Source of the DNA: Magallana gigas
Lineage: Eukaryota
Reading direction: 5' to 3'
DNA length: 64,000 nucleotides
Assembly (NCBI RefSeq): GCF_963853765.1
Contig: NC_088856.1
Coordinates: 6,200,001 to 6,264,000, forward strand
Made by a program: the position numbers and the translations under genes. This document shows positions 1-36,600 of the stretch, in pieces (position 1 is the first letter of the stretch; every line of letters starts with the position of its first letter). A model generated the notes under the pieces. The model saw only the letters and a list, made by a program, of their open reading frames with translations, was not told the DNA's origin and made no database searches.

Positions 1-749
1 CTTTAATATCTTTGAAAAAAAAAATGTGTTTTATTTTTTATTTTATACTTCTTGATTTCTCAGTTTTATTTAGATACTGTATACTGATTTTATTTATTTC
101 AAAGAAAAACAAATTGACATCTATCATAAATAAATTCAATATTTTTTGGGTTGTATTTGTCCTTTTTTTCTTTATCAAATATATTCAGTTTTTAGAAATT
201 CAGATATTTGAATTTTCCCCTATATAAAGACTCATCTCCCTGAAAAAGTTCTCGATCCGCGCATGGAACCCCCTCCCACCCCCCCCCCCCCACACCCCAA
301 TAAAAAAAAATCTTAAACTACGTCTTGGCTTGGCAAGCACGTAAGAAATATGATTTAAAATTTGGAGTTGGATGATTATCATATGATATTCGTGTCAAAT
401 GTTCAATTTCATGTTAATTAGCGTCTCATTTTACGGAAAAAGGGAGCGACCAATTAAGCCAGTTTCTTCAGTTAACATTTGACATTGTTGGTGTGTCCGT
501 GTGGATGGGGCTTACACACTTTTCTAATTCAAGGTGGAAAATGAGAAAATTTAAAGAAATATTGGAATCTTCATTTGTATCTGTACAAAAGCCGGGGGGG
601 GGGGGTCCACTGGTGACCCTCCCCCCCCCCCCCCCCCCCGGCCCCGTTTAATATATATTCAACGTTTCCTCTATTCACAATGATTAAACTTTACGGTGAT
701 TGGGATATGTGAATATTGGTTTTGATACTATGGTTTTTGCGAAACAATT

Positions 750-864
750 CGGCCGGGCGGATCCAGATTTTTTACGCGGCGCATTATGTATAGAGAAAAT
801 TCGAATTTGCAGAACGGAAGTTAGTTCGTCCCACAATGCACCTTAGCAACAAAACACGCATGCG
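750..864 (+). promoter_or_regulatory. Probable SRPK core promoter (CpG-rich, TATA-less)
   Basis: GC box GGGCGG 755-760, ETS-type CGGAAGT 815-821, ZNF143/Staf-type TCCCACAATGCACC 829-842, RFX half-site CCTTAGCAAC 841-850, NRF1-like CGCATGCG 857-864, all within 160 bp of the ATG. Confidence 0.55.
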
Positions 865-911
865 TTCTACAATGAATGATGGAATGAACATGAATTTGTA
901 AGGAAAAAAAG

Positions 912-24015
<23,104 letters not shown>

Positions 24016-25959
24016 TCACCGGACAATTGTCTTATTAGTGCTTCTCCTAAAACTGTCAATGGAGGGAAAAATTTATACATGCCAAGGGAGATTACTGGAC
24101 AAGATTTACCATCTTGTCTCTCCCTCTTATCTTGTTCTCTCCCTTTCTCTCGTTTTCAAATCCAGTGAAGAAATGAGAGAAGGTTATTTATGTTGCGGTC
24201 ATTCTTTTTTCGTCAAAGACTTTATGTATATCTGCCATCTCATTTGGTTTTTAATGTCCATATGAATGTGATATTAGTGTAGAAACATTTATGAAAATGG
24301 AAGGTTGACTCCAGTTCAGTAGATATTTTTAATACATTTGGTATACACTATTCATAAATTATTATAAAATTTACAAGCTGAGGATTTTTGTTAGCTGCTA
24401 GGTTTAGGAAATTTGTACCGTACATAGGCTGGGATTTTTACTTAGCTGTGTATGGTACATAGCTTTTTGTCATTACCTGCTTTGATCTAATTTCTCTACA
24501 GATTCTGTTAATTTATAAGAACAAAATATGCAGTAAAGTGTGCCAATAATGTGACATGGATTATTTTCTGGATGGAGATTAAGAACGAGGTTGATAACTC
24601 ATACAAAACTGTTATCAAAACCTATCAGTCAAGTGAGACTGATGAACTCTGATGACTATATTGGCAGCCAATTCCTTATTATATCTGTGTAGATTGTCTG
24701 TATAGCTTAAGAAATACCGGTAAAACAGATAAAGATCTGGAATCAGAATCTATCAACTGATTGTCAGTGAGTTAAGGCAGTGAGTGAGGTGACAGATAAT
24801 GTTTAGCCTAGTGCTGTATCCAGGATTTATATACCAATTGATTACACCAGTTTATATATCCCTCAATTGTTAACAGAACAGTTGGACATCAACGTGGAGT
24901 ATCTTTTGTGGAGTGGGAGCAGTCTACACTTCAGCAGTGTTCTGCTGAAGATTTATAGGTAGTGTTTTTAGTAGTATGAGAGAATTGCTTAATAATTTAT
25001 GATGAGAGTCGAAGAGCTTGATCTTTGGCACGATATCATTGATGATTAGTGTTACCTGTTTTAAGGTGTGCTATCACCACATTAAATTCATACCGATGAT
25101 TGTGAATGAATCATACAGAATTCTCCTACAGTGCAATGATTGTCTCATGATTAGATATGATTTGATATTTAACCTCTCTGTCTAGTTTTGTTATTCAGTG
25201 ATTTTCGGTAGAGTCTGTCACGTTCTTTCCCTCTTTAGTGGAATAAGGAAGTTCTGAATAAACGTGAATGTCAAGTAGGAATTGGTGTTCTTCACCCAAA
25301 TTGTTTTCTATGTGATTAGAGAATCTTCTAGTTTTGGGCATTTCCAATTAGGATTTTGTTACTATGACAGGATATGAAAGGTTAGTTGATAGATAGAACA
25401 TTGAGGCAGTAGATACCTGACAACCTGTTGTCAATTCTTACATTCCTAACAGACAGAAAATTGCTTTCGTGTGTCGTGTTTCAGATGTGACTTATCTAAC
25501 GAGTGCTTAATATGAACTTGTGTGATTTCCAATTTGTCAGCCATTGGAGAACATGTAACCACTGTATGTACACAGTAAGTGTAATACAAGTTCTACTAAA
25601 TCATGAACAAGAGAAACTGAAATGATTTCTCCTTTGTATAGTTTTGATTTGTTGGTCTGTATTTTATGTATGTAAAGCATGCAGCGATCAGTGACCAACT
25701 TGTACTGCTGTATAGTCCTAATAATAACGAAAAATGTCTCTTGAGTATAAGCCAAATATTTAACATAAAGCAAATCATCCAAGCAGAGTGTCAAACCTCC
25801 AGTTGGTGAGGTTCAATAAGCATTCTGTGGCTGAAGAGCTGTAATGCTCAGACTGGCCTAGGTTGAAGCTACATGCATGGGTTGTGTCAAGTTTCGACAG
25901 GGAGAGAACTTTTGACTGATTCAACAGTCCATATTATTTTGTGTTTTGTGTTATGTCGA

Positions 25960-25965
25960 AATAAA
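25960..25965 (+). terminator. Probable SRPK polyadenylation signal (3'UTR about 2 kb)
   Basis: AATAAA followed by a GT/T-rich tract; another AATAAA near 25258. Confidence 0.5.
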
Positions 25966-26889
25966 ATGTTCACCAATTTCTGTCTGTGTTTGCTCATTTT
26001 TCAGTGATTTCTTTTAGTTGACATTATCATTGATTTTCAAATCAAGAAAATGATATCAAATCTTTATATATTTCCTTTTTTGGTTCATGGATAGCATTAG
26101 CTAATGTACATAACTTGGGGGGGGGGGGGGGGGGGGGGCTCACCGTGTGCCGCTTACAGGGATGTAAATGTATGGTGAAACTAGTTACCCCCCCCCCCCC
26201 CCCAAAAAAAAAAAGGAATTGTTAGAAAATCAAAAAAAAAAATTAAATGATCAATGGTTTGTAGAAGAAAATTAATATCACGTACTATTTATATCAATTA
26301 ATATGTGCAATTGTAATGAAAGAAAATAAATGTGCTCTTGGATGTAAATGTCACTTATCGACAGGGAAAGGGAATTACAAATGCGGTACATTTAATAAGT
26401 AAAATTTTATGAATTTAAACGTGCATTGTGAACCAGAATTATTCTTCAGTCTGCTCTGAACAAATATATAGGTAATGTGTCAATACAGCAAGTAATATTA
26501 TTAGTTCCTCTTAAACATGTTAAATTTCACGGGAACCGATAGGATAACACACCTAGAATTAAAATTATACCATGCAGAAGAAGTGTTTAATTTGTATCTA
26601 CACATGAAACATCGTAAGTTTTTAATGATTGAATAATTGATTGAAGAAAAATTAAGTTCACTATAGCTCTTTACTGCCTTTGACTTTGTACACTCTCCAC
26701 TTTTAATTTATTCCTTTCAAAATCCTTTAAAATATCTGTTTATCGTAAGTTTGTTTAATAATGGAAATAACAGTCGTGTAGAATTTAGAAATATTGATTA
26801 CCATCTTTTTAAAAATAATTCTGTATTCCTCGACACATCTTACGTACGAGCTAATGAGATAGCTCTTATTTTAGCAAAAGGTATAAAAG

Positions 26890-27141
26890 TAAAATTTCCC
26901 GCAAAATGAAAGTACACTGAAATTCCAAAAATTGTAACGACAAAACTATATTTAGATTTAGATTTAAAAATCGGGATGATTTTGCTTTTTGAAAATGAAA
27001 CTATCCCAGCTGGAGTAAATTATTTGTAGACGCTTGCTGGGTTTGTATTTTGTGATTTGGATCAGCTGTTAGATAACCTTTATGCTTTTTATTTTTAAAC
27101 GTTCTGATCTCGTGTCAAAAATCGAGGAAAAATGAGCAAAG
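26890..27141 (+). promoter_or_regulatory. Probable MOV10 promoter and non-coding first exon
   Basis: CpG-retaining patch; E2F-like TTTCCCGC 26895-26902; ISRE-like GAAAATGAAACT 26991-27002; donor AAAG|gtaaaa at 27142; acceptor tttttacag ending 27295 upstream of the main ATG. Confidence 0.45.
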
Positions 27142-27328
27142 GTAAAATATTAATAAAAGATTTCAGAAAAATTATGATAGATTTTTATCTGTTTATCAGT
27201 TTATGTAAATAGTGATTAATTGTTTGGCAGATAGGCCTTATGCAATGTATATACATTGTATATATACATGTATGTAGCTATAATCCTTTTTACAGAATGA
27301 AATTTGATGGTCTTAATTTGAGAACAAA

Positions 27329-27626
27329 ATGTCAACAAAAAGAAGGACATTTGCAGAAAAGAAAAGCCAAGGGATTGACTTTTTGGACTTCATAGCCAAG
27401 AAAAATATCAATATTGTTGGACTGACGAAGAAAGAGCTACAGAACATTTATGTGAATGAATACCGAGAACATAATACCAATGCAAATCCTTTGAATTTTG
27501 GACCTCTAATTCAAGCCTTGTTTACCTGTGGTCGGCTTCACCTGAGAGGCCCACACATTTACAAAGGTCCTGCCGCTGCGCCATATCTAAACTCTCACAG
27601 GAAGGAGAGTGATCAGCATTCCCATG
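27329..27626 (+). CDS. MOV10: MOV10 coding exon 1 ([25 protein letters not shown]...)
   Basis: ORF 27329-27640, resembles the MOV10 N-terminal helices; G|gtacag donor, phase 1. Confidence 0.8.
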
Positions 27627-30600
27627 GTACAGAGTTCTAATACATGCATGTTTAAAATAATTATACAGAATTTTTCTTTAAATGTGTAGTTTGCAGGTCC
27701 CTTAACATGTTAATAGTGTGGACAGAGCATGGACAGAGAAGGAAGCAACAATTACTGTGGTAAAATACAGCAAGAAATATGAAATGTTGAGGTTTTGCAC
27801 AGTAAATCAGTACATGTAGAAAATGCAATCATGTATTCATTTAATTGGAAGAAAGCCGTATTTATTGACTGACAGATACCTTGTTGCTTTCAAATATTTA
27901 TATTGAAATATTGTCTTGATGATTGTCTTGTCTTGATGATTTTTATACCATTATACAGATTTGTTTTTAATTAGGATTAAGGAACTTTTTTTTAAATACA
28001 TGTAGTTGTTTCCATTTATTCTATAGTAGCAAGAAACCAGAACAACAACAGTGATGGATATGTAGGTAGATCAAACAGACGGAGTCCTCACCACAAAAGG
28101 TTTGGTCAGGTAGCCGTCAATCAGCATGTGGTCATCAATCGCAGTTACTCCCCCTCCCCCATCACCAGTCACGAATCCTCGCCAGCCCCAGACATTGTTC
28201 ATCGAACCTCAGCCAGTAGTCTACCTCTGGGACAGGCCCAGTCAGGGATGGACTCTGAGCACATCAAGAGAGTTGGCAACTACTATGAGTGCAAGATTTG
28301 TGGTGCTCGATCCACCTCATCAGTGGAGATGGGAAAACACTCTCAGGGGAAAAAACACAGGCTCGGAGTGATGACTGCTGAGTTAAAAAAACAAAGGTTC
28401 TTATATAGATAAATCTATATCTGTTACTGTAAACTTATTATATTTGGCGTGTACGCTATTTGGCGGAATATGTTTTTACAACAAGTTAGCGTGGATTTGA
28501 TTTAGTGCATTTCTGAATGTACCTACCGGAGTATTTATCTACTTATATATTTTACATTTGGCAATGTACTTGATTTAGCAAATGCCGTTTTCCATCAAAA
28601 ATACAGTTAAATGTAATACATCTACAGTATGTGTCTAACTGATTCTGATAATGTTTTATCAAAATATCAGATTAAAATCATTTTAAAATTATGTTTATCA
28701 TTTTTGCACTTTCTATGACTTGTCTCTTCTTTTGTTTGTCTCTCAATGATATATGATAAGATTATAGTAAGCCCATTAGATTTCTATAAAAAAGTCTATG
28801 TATTACGTGATAAAAAAGATAGCTCATTGTTTACTTTTAGTATTGATATGCATGTTAGTCTGTTTTCTTTTTGAAGGGAGTATTTGGTAAAAGACAGAGA
28901 AGGTATAGCCATTATTGGGGAGAATGCCGAGTACCTGAATGGGACGTACCACATTCAGATCCAGGAGAACACTGAGAGGACCATGAGCCTGAGGGTGGAG
29001 AACCACACCCCGGAGGTGGTGCAGCTGTTACACTGTGAGATGCTGAAGAGGATGAGGGTGTTTAAGCTGGACGACGCCAAGAAAATGACGGAGGGGCGAC
29101 AGGCTGTGTCCATAAACAGTGGTAGGTTTCCGTTGGTTAATGTAAGGTCATGGCATTATGTGTAAATGCAATTAAGAAGTGGAAGATTTCTGCTTGTTGA
29201 TGAAAAAGCAGTTAATGTCGTTAATTAGTGAATGGTGAAATATCCTTCCTAAAAAATGTGAGATTTATGTTTAGGTATAATGAATTTTGACTTAAAAAGT
29301 CAAAATATGTCAGTTTGAAATAAGTGACACACTTGTACATGTATGTACATTAAAGAGACAAGGGAAGCTAGCTATGTGGTGAAAGTACTACCGGTAGGTT
29401 CTGTATTGTACTAAAGAAATAAGAAGAGCTAAGACCATATTACATGTAGCTGCAGAACTGTCACTCTCCGGGAAAAAAAATATTGACAGACCGGAGAGCT
29501 ACAGGGCCACCCATTGAAAAAATTGTATATTTATTGCGCAGAAAAACGTGCGCTAGTTTTGGACTGATTTACCTTATTTATACGCAAATTCTGTGAAAAC
29601 AATTAGTACCATTAAATTCTTCATGCAATTTACTACTGATATCGTCTGTTCACTTGCCTCGGATAGTCTTTTAAACACCATCACCAGTCCCGTAAATTCA
29701 TGTGGTGCACTTTGTTTACATGTAAAAATGGCGACTCTCGATCTCAATGAAAATTCAACATACTTGATTTTCCGAGGTCGGTAGCTTGTTTCGATGAAAG
29801 TCTGAGGCAAATAAAGAGGCGATATCAGTAGTAAATTGCATGATGAATTGTTTTCACAGAATTTGCGTATAAATAAGGTTAATCAGTCCAAAACTAGCGC
29901 ACGTTTTTCTGCGCAATAAATATACAATTTTTCAATGGGTGGCCCTGTAGCTCTCCGGTCTGTCAATATTTTTTTTCCCGGAGAGCAACAGTTCTGCAGC
30001 TATATTACATGTAATTGTGTTTTGGCCCAAAATTTTAATTGTTTTTTCTGTGAATCGGATTTTGTAGGAAGCCATTACGTCATTGAGGTGAGTGCCTGTG
30101 CCAGAGGTCTGGGTACATTCCATGTCCCCATCGCCTTCCACTTCCGTCGATCGTCGGCGAAGGAATTCCACATCATCCGCTTCCTGAACGCCAAGTGTGT
30201 CAGTGACATCACAGAGGAGTTAAAGCCGACCTCTCCATACAAACCTCCGACCAGAGTAGCGGAGTATCGTGAGACGATGGAAGCTGTACCAGGTGTTAAA
30301 CCTCCAAAGTATGAACAAAATGACATTTTTATCAATGAAGTACAAACAGATAAACAGTATATTTTTATAAAGTACATGCACAAACAGAATTATTATTTTC
30401 AGTGATCATAATGGTTGTATTAGTGATAACTTTGTCTCTGACAATGAATATATATTTGCAGTCCCTGAAACGTTCTACTTTCCCAATTTCCTTGTGTTCA
30501 CCATGCATTCGCTTCCGCTCCCTCTCCCTCTCTGCTCCTTTCACGCTCACTGTGCTCAAAGCGCTCACAGCGCGTTCACAAAGCGCTCACAGTGTGTTCA

Positions 30601-33600
30601 CAAAGCGCTCACAGTGCGTTCACAAAGTGCTCACAGTGTGTTCATAAAGCTCTCACAGTGCATTTACAAAGCTCTCACAGTGCATTTACAAAGCTCTCAC
30701 AGTGCATTTACAAAGCTCTCACAGTGCATTTACAAAGCTCTCACAGTGCATTTACAAAGCTCTCACAGTGCATTTACAAAGCTCTCACAGTGCATTTACA
30801 AAGCTCTCACAGTGCATTTACAAAGCTCTCACAGTGCATTTACAAAGCTCTCACAGTGCATTTACAAAGCTCTCACAGTGCATTTACAAAGCTCTCACAG
30901 TGCATTTACAAAGCTCTCACAGTGCATTTACAAAGCTCTCACAGTGCGTTCACAAAGCGCTCACAGTGTGTTCATAAAGTGCTCACAGTGTGTTCACAAA
31001 GCGCTCACAGTGCATTCACAAAGCGCTCACAGTGCATTCACAAAGTGTTCACCTTGCACTTACTGTTCTTTCAGCGTTCACTTATCTTTCAATCAGATTA
31101 TATTATATTAGGGCTGATAGCAATACATACATTAAGTTTAATTTTTTAAGGTTAAATTTTCCTGATTACTGATGAAACCATTGTAATGATAACTCCCGAG
31201 GCACTCCGAGTAAAACATCCATCTTGGGTTCACATATCATTCACCGTGCGTTCACCACTCACTTTGCGCTTATGTTTTGCCTGTTTGCAGTCTGCATTTG
31301 CTTACCATTTATAAGCGCTCACCAACTTCCATTCAGCATGTGTTCTTCCTTCTCTCAGAGTGCACTCACCCTTCACTTACCCTTCAAGTGGGATAGTAGA
31401 ACGTTTCAGGGTCTGTACCAGGCCATGGATGAAAAATGATTTGATGAAAAATATCTACACCCATGTTGATTAAGGTCAAGATCTAGTGAATGAAAGGTGC
31501 CTACAGGTTTATGAAATTCAAGGTATAAATTCTTTCAATGATGCTTCATAACAATAGCTTTGTTTCATAGGGTATACCAGTACTTAAATTTTTGGTAAAC
31601 TCAATGAAAAATCATGTTTTAAACAACCATTTTCTATGAAATATGAAGGATAAAAGTAACAAATCTCAGACTTTTGTCCATTTAAGCTTATGCTATACCC
31701 TCGGCGTCGGTGTCGGCGTCGGCGTCCGGACCTGGTTAAAGTTTTTGTTGCAGGTCCTGTATCTAAGCTATTACATGTCCTATCTTCACCAAACTTGCAT
31801 GGATGATGCATCTGGACCTACTTATGGACTTGAAAGACTTGGATGCTGAATCTGAGTTCTAAATTTCAGATGCTGGAGGAGGTTAAGGTTGTTGGACCAG
31901 GTTAAAGTTTTTGTTGCAGGTGCCCTTTGATAGCAATATCTAAGTTACTACAGGTCCGTACTTCACCAAACTTGCATGGATGATGTGTCTTATGATACTG
32001 ATGCACCAGACAGGCTTGAGTGCTGAATCTGAGCTATAGGTTTCGGATGCTGGAGGAGGTTAAGGTTTTTGGAGCAGGTTAAAGTTTTTGTTGCAGGTGC
32101 CCTTTGATAGCAATATCTAAGTTACTGCTGGTCCGTACTTCACCAAACTTGCATTGATGGTGTGTCTTATGATACTGATGCACCAGGCAGGCTTGCATGC
32201 TGAATCTGAGCTATAGGTTACAGATGCTGAAGGAGATTAAGGTTTATAGAGCTGGTTAAAGTTTTTGATGCAGGTGCCCTCTGATGATTATATCTTAGTT
32301 ACTACTTGTCCTAACTTCACCAGACTTCCATGGATGGTGCGTCTAATGATACTGATGCACCAGACAGGCTTGAATGCTGAGTCTGAGACATAGGTTTCGG
32401 ATGCTGGAGGAGGTTAAGGTTTTTAGAGCTGGTGCCCTCTGATGATTATATCTTAGTTATTACTTGTCCTAACTACACCAGACTTTCATGGATGGTGCGT
32501 CTTATGATACTGATGCACCTGACGGGCTTGAATGCTGAGTCTCAGATGCTGGATATGGTTAAGTTTTTTGGAACAGGTCACATGTTTAATAGATAATGGT
32601 ACTATTTCAAACTTGCATAGTTGATTAAACTGTAATATGAATGAATCACAGAGGAAGCTTCAGATGCAGAGCTTGATCTCCATTATCAAGGATGCTAAAA
32701 AATATATCTTAGTTATTACAGGTCCTAACTTCACCAAACTTAAATGAATGGTGTGTCTTATGATACAGATGCACCTGACAGGCATAGATGTTGAATCTGA
32801 GCCATAGGTTGCAGATGCTGGAGCAGGTTAAGGTTTTAATTGCTAGTGCCCTCTGATGATGATATCTTACTTATTACTGGTCTGAACTTCACCAAACTTG
32901 CATCGAGATGCTTCTTATGTATACTGATGCACCTGACAGGCTTGAATGCTGAATCTGAGCCATAGGTTTCAGATGCTGGATGAGGTTTAGTTTTTTTGGA
33001 ACAGGTCACATGTTTTATAGATGATAGCTTGCATAGTTGATTTAACTATATTATAAATGAAACGCAGGGGTTGCTTCAGATGCAGAGCCTGATCTCCATT
33101 ATCAAGGATGCTAAAGAAATCTCCTACCTCATTCAAACCTGCTCGATAGATAGATGTGTTTGTTGATAAATGATATAACATGATTCCTATGATATAGTAT
33201 TGTATGGTATGAAACAATATTGTTTAATATGATACAAAATAATATCATATGTAATATTATAAAAAAGTTATATGATACGATATGATATTGTATCAATTTT
33301 TTTGATATTTTATGTTATGATATTGTAATATGATATCGTTATGTATAGTATAATTGTATATTATGATACAATATTGTATAATATTATATTGTATTATTAA
33401 TTTATTATTTTATCACATGATACTATTACATAAGATATTGCAAAATATAATATTGTATCCAATGATACAATATTGTATATTCTATAATATTGTATAATAC
33501 GATATTGTATAATATGATATAAGTTTCTGAAATATAGAATTATATCACATGAAATTGTATAATATGATACTGTAATATTATAAAATATTGTATCATACGA

Positions 33601-36600
33601 TATTGTATAATATGATATTGGTTTATAATATGATATATTATCACATCACATGAAATTATATTGTATGATTTTGTAAAATATATTATTGTATCATATGATA
33701 CAATATGTATAATATAATGATGTATTATATATTTTACTTTATCACATAATATTGTATCATTTGATATGATACAATGTTGTATCAAATTATATTGTATCAT
33801 ATGATACAATATCATGTTATGTTTCAAAAATGATACAGTATCATACAATATAATACTATATTATACAATATAATATCATATGTTTCAATGTTATGATGTA
33901 ATATGTAGTATGATATTGTAATGTAATGCTATATTGTTTTATATATTATGCTATTGTATTATGTGATCAAATACAATAACGTATAACACAATACAATGTC
34001 ATATCATAAGTTACAATATCATATCTCATCATTGGTTATTATGGTATTTTATTGTATTATATGATATATGTTGTAAATATGATAGGATGCAATATTTAAT
34101 TTTATATTATTGTATTGATTAACATATGAACATATGATTATCATACAATGTTTTAACAGATGATATATGATATTGTGTCAAAACAGAAACCATGAATATC
34201 CAAGATCATAAAGTATGATTTTCATTTAATATGATAAAGGTGGTCTCGTAAAGGTGAAGTCTCATAAGGGTGATGTCTCGTCTCGGTGAGCTTTGTAATC
34301 TGTGATTACCTATGTTTGACCTATGAAATATATCTAGAATGCCTACAGTCTCTCCAAAAACGGCATTAAACAAGCTTTTGACCTCCTCTTTAAAATGATG
34401 TCAAATTGAATATAGGTACCGGATTACTTTTCACGTGATTAAATATAGAATGTCAAAATATTGTTTTTTTTCTACATAATTCCTTTAAAGCCTTAAAATA
34501 CGGGAAAAGATTCATCAAAATCAATTATGACGTCATAAATGTTCTAGCACCAAAAAGACAATCTGGAATCATTTACTAGATCTTGACCTATATATAGTAA
34601 TCCACGTATAGTGTATATCATCATGTGTATGGTTCTTTATTTCAGATTAATAGAGGATAACCTGAAGCGCTCCTTGTCTCTGGGGAGATACCTTGTCTCA
34701 CGCCAGATGAGGACAATGATCAACCGCCGATTTAAGACATCGCTGTGTAAGAACCAGGCCGAGAAACTTGAAATGACAACTGCCAGGTATGGTAGACTAT
34801 GGTATAAGAATGACAAAAACTATCTTACTCATTTTAAGAAGATAATTCTCTGTGTTACATGTGTGTAGTGAATTTGTTGAACTATGTAAAAAGCAGAAAA
34901 TGTATTCAGAATGGAAATGTTTTTGTGCAATGACAATTGCTAAAAGGAATTTATACATGTGAAATAGATATTACTGTAGACGTATTTTTTTCCACGGGGT
35001 CATAATTCCGAGGAATCACAATATCAATTTAATCCGCAGGTAAATATTTACGCGGATTCTTTGAATGAAAAAAAATCATTTGAATAATTATTATTAAATT
35101 ATCATTAAATTCAGTTCTGAGCGATTTTCATTACCAAGAATTTGTCCAACTTTGGACTTAAATTGTAAGAACTGTTCACAGTGAACAGTAATTATCGGTT
35201 ATGCACTGGTCGGTAGTCATTAGTTAGCCGTCAAGATGTTACGAGGCTGGCTAAAATCGTCTTGTGAGACACCACATGATGAATATTTAAATTATGAGTT
35301 GATCAGTTTTATCAATTTAAAGTCAGAGCACAAAGGGATCTAAAAATTGCAGTAAAAACACGGGTCTTAGCGTGTAGTTAATTGGGTCATTGAAAGACAG
35401 ACCTGCTTGGGGCTATTTGTCGTCTGACACGTGCCGTTATCTCAAGCTGGGAGAAGTTTAAATTTCATGCAAGTAAATTTGCAGAAAATTCAAATCTTTA
35501 GGAGATTAAATTATTTATTATGTGAATTCTTAATACAAATTAACCCAGTTTGCATAGATAAAAACGATATACATTGGGTACACGTACATGCAAGTGTTAA
35601 TTTATATAATGTAGTAACTTCGGATTATCCTTATTCAATGACATGTAATGCAATTTCAAAATTTCATTCCAAAATGCACTTTAAGTACACTGGGAAAAAA
35701 TTCCGCGGAAAATTTGTGCCCACGTTCATAGCGTAAATTAATACCACGCGGACAAAAGTACGTCTACAGTATTTGACTTTTTTTTAATGAAAAACTACAT
35801 ATCACAAAACTTTGTGATATTTTGTTTGTAAATTCTATTTAATATATTTAATCTTGTAATTTGTATGATTTATGGAAAGGAAACATCTACATGTACATGA
35901 TCTAGAATCGTCATCTTTAATTGTTGTGGTTGTTGTCATTACTTTACAAATATGAACTTCCTTCCTTTTATATAACTTAAATAGTTGTCTTTGCTATAAA
36001 TAAATTATTCTGTAACATTATTCTGTTTGTACATACAATGTACATGTACATGTATACATACATTTATTTCCAAAAGGTATGACTAAATCACAAGTTGTTT
36101 ATTTTTCACTTTCAGAACTATATTAGAAAAACCTTTGAATAAAAATACATACCAGAAAAAGTTCAGTATGTTGATGAACATTGAGGAGTTACAGATGGAG
36201 GTAGACATCAGGCGGTACGACATGAAGGACGCTCCAATGACAAAACAACGCAACCTGCTACTGCTTGAGGTGCGTGTATATGTACAATGTTCATATATGT
36301 ACAATGTTCATACCCTCAACTTTACAAACAAATTTTAAAATATAGAGCTGCACATGTATTTTGTCTTACTTTAATTAAGGAATGCACTTCATGTTTGTAT
36401 TAAAGAAATACATGTATTATACATTATATATATAACATTTTTTAAAGTTTTCTCATTGTGTCACAAATGAGATAATTTTATTCCTATGCCCTGAAAATTG
36501 CTGATTCACACCAGTAAAAGCTATATTGCCCTCCTGGAACCAGTTATATTTCCAAGTAAACAGTTATTTTGCCCTCCTGAAACTGTTATTTCACCTTAAC

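Noticed and set aside
260-645. Poly-C and poly-G runs as functional G-quadruplex or i-motif (also 26116-26203, 52804-52823, 61860-61873)
   Set aside because: Context (GATCCGCGCATG, GGCGGATCCAG) looks like MITE remnants, and homopolymer lengths are assembly-sensitive; no evidence of function
24110-24185. Strong polypyrimidine tract and AG in the SRPK 3'UTR as an alternative last exon
   Set aside because: Splicing from exon 14 gives VKK* and deletes the essential C-lobe; no supporting donor
30494-31149. 205-aa and 185-aa ORFs
   Set aside because: Translations of the 22-bp minisatellite
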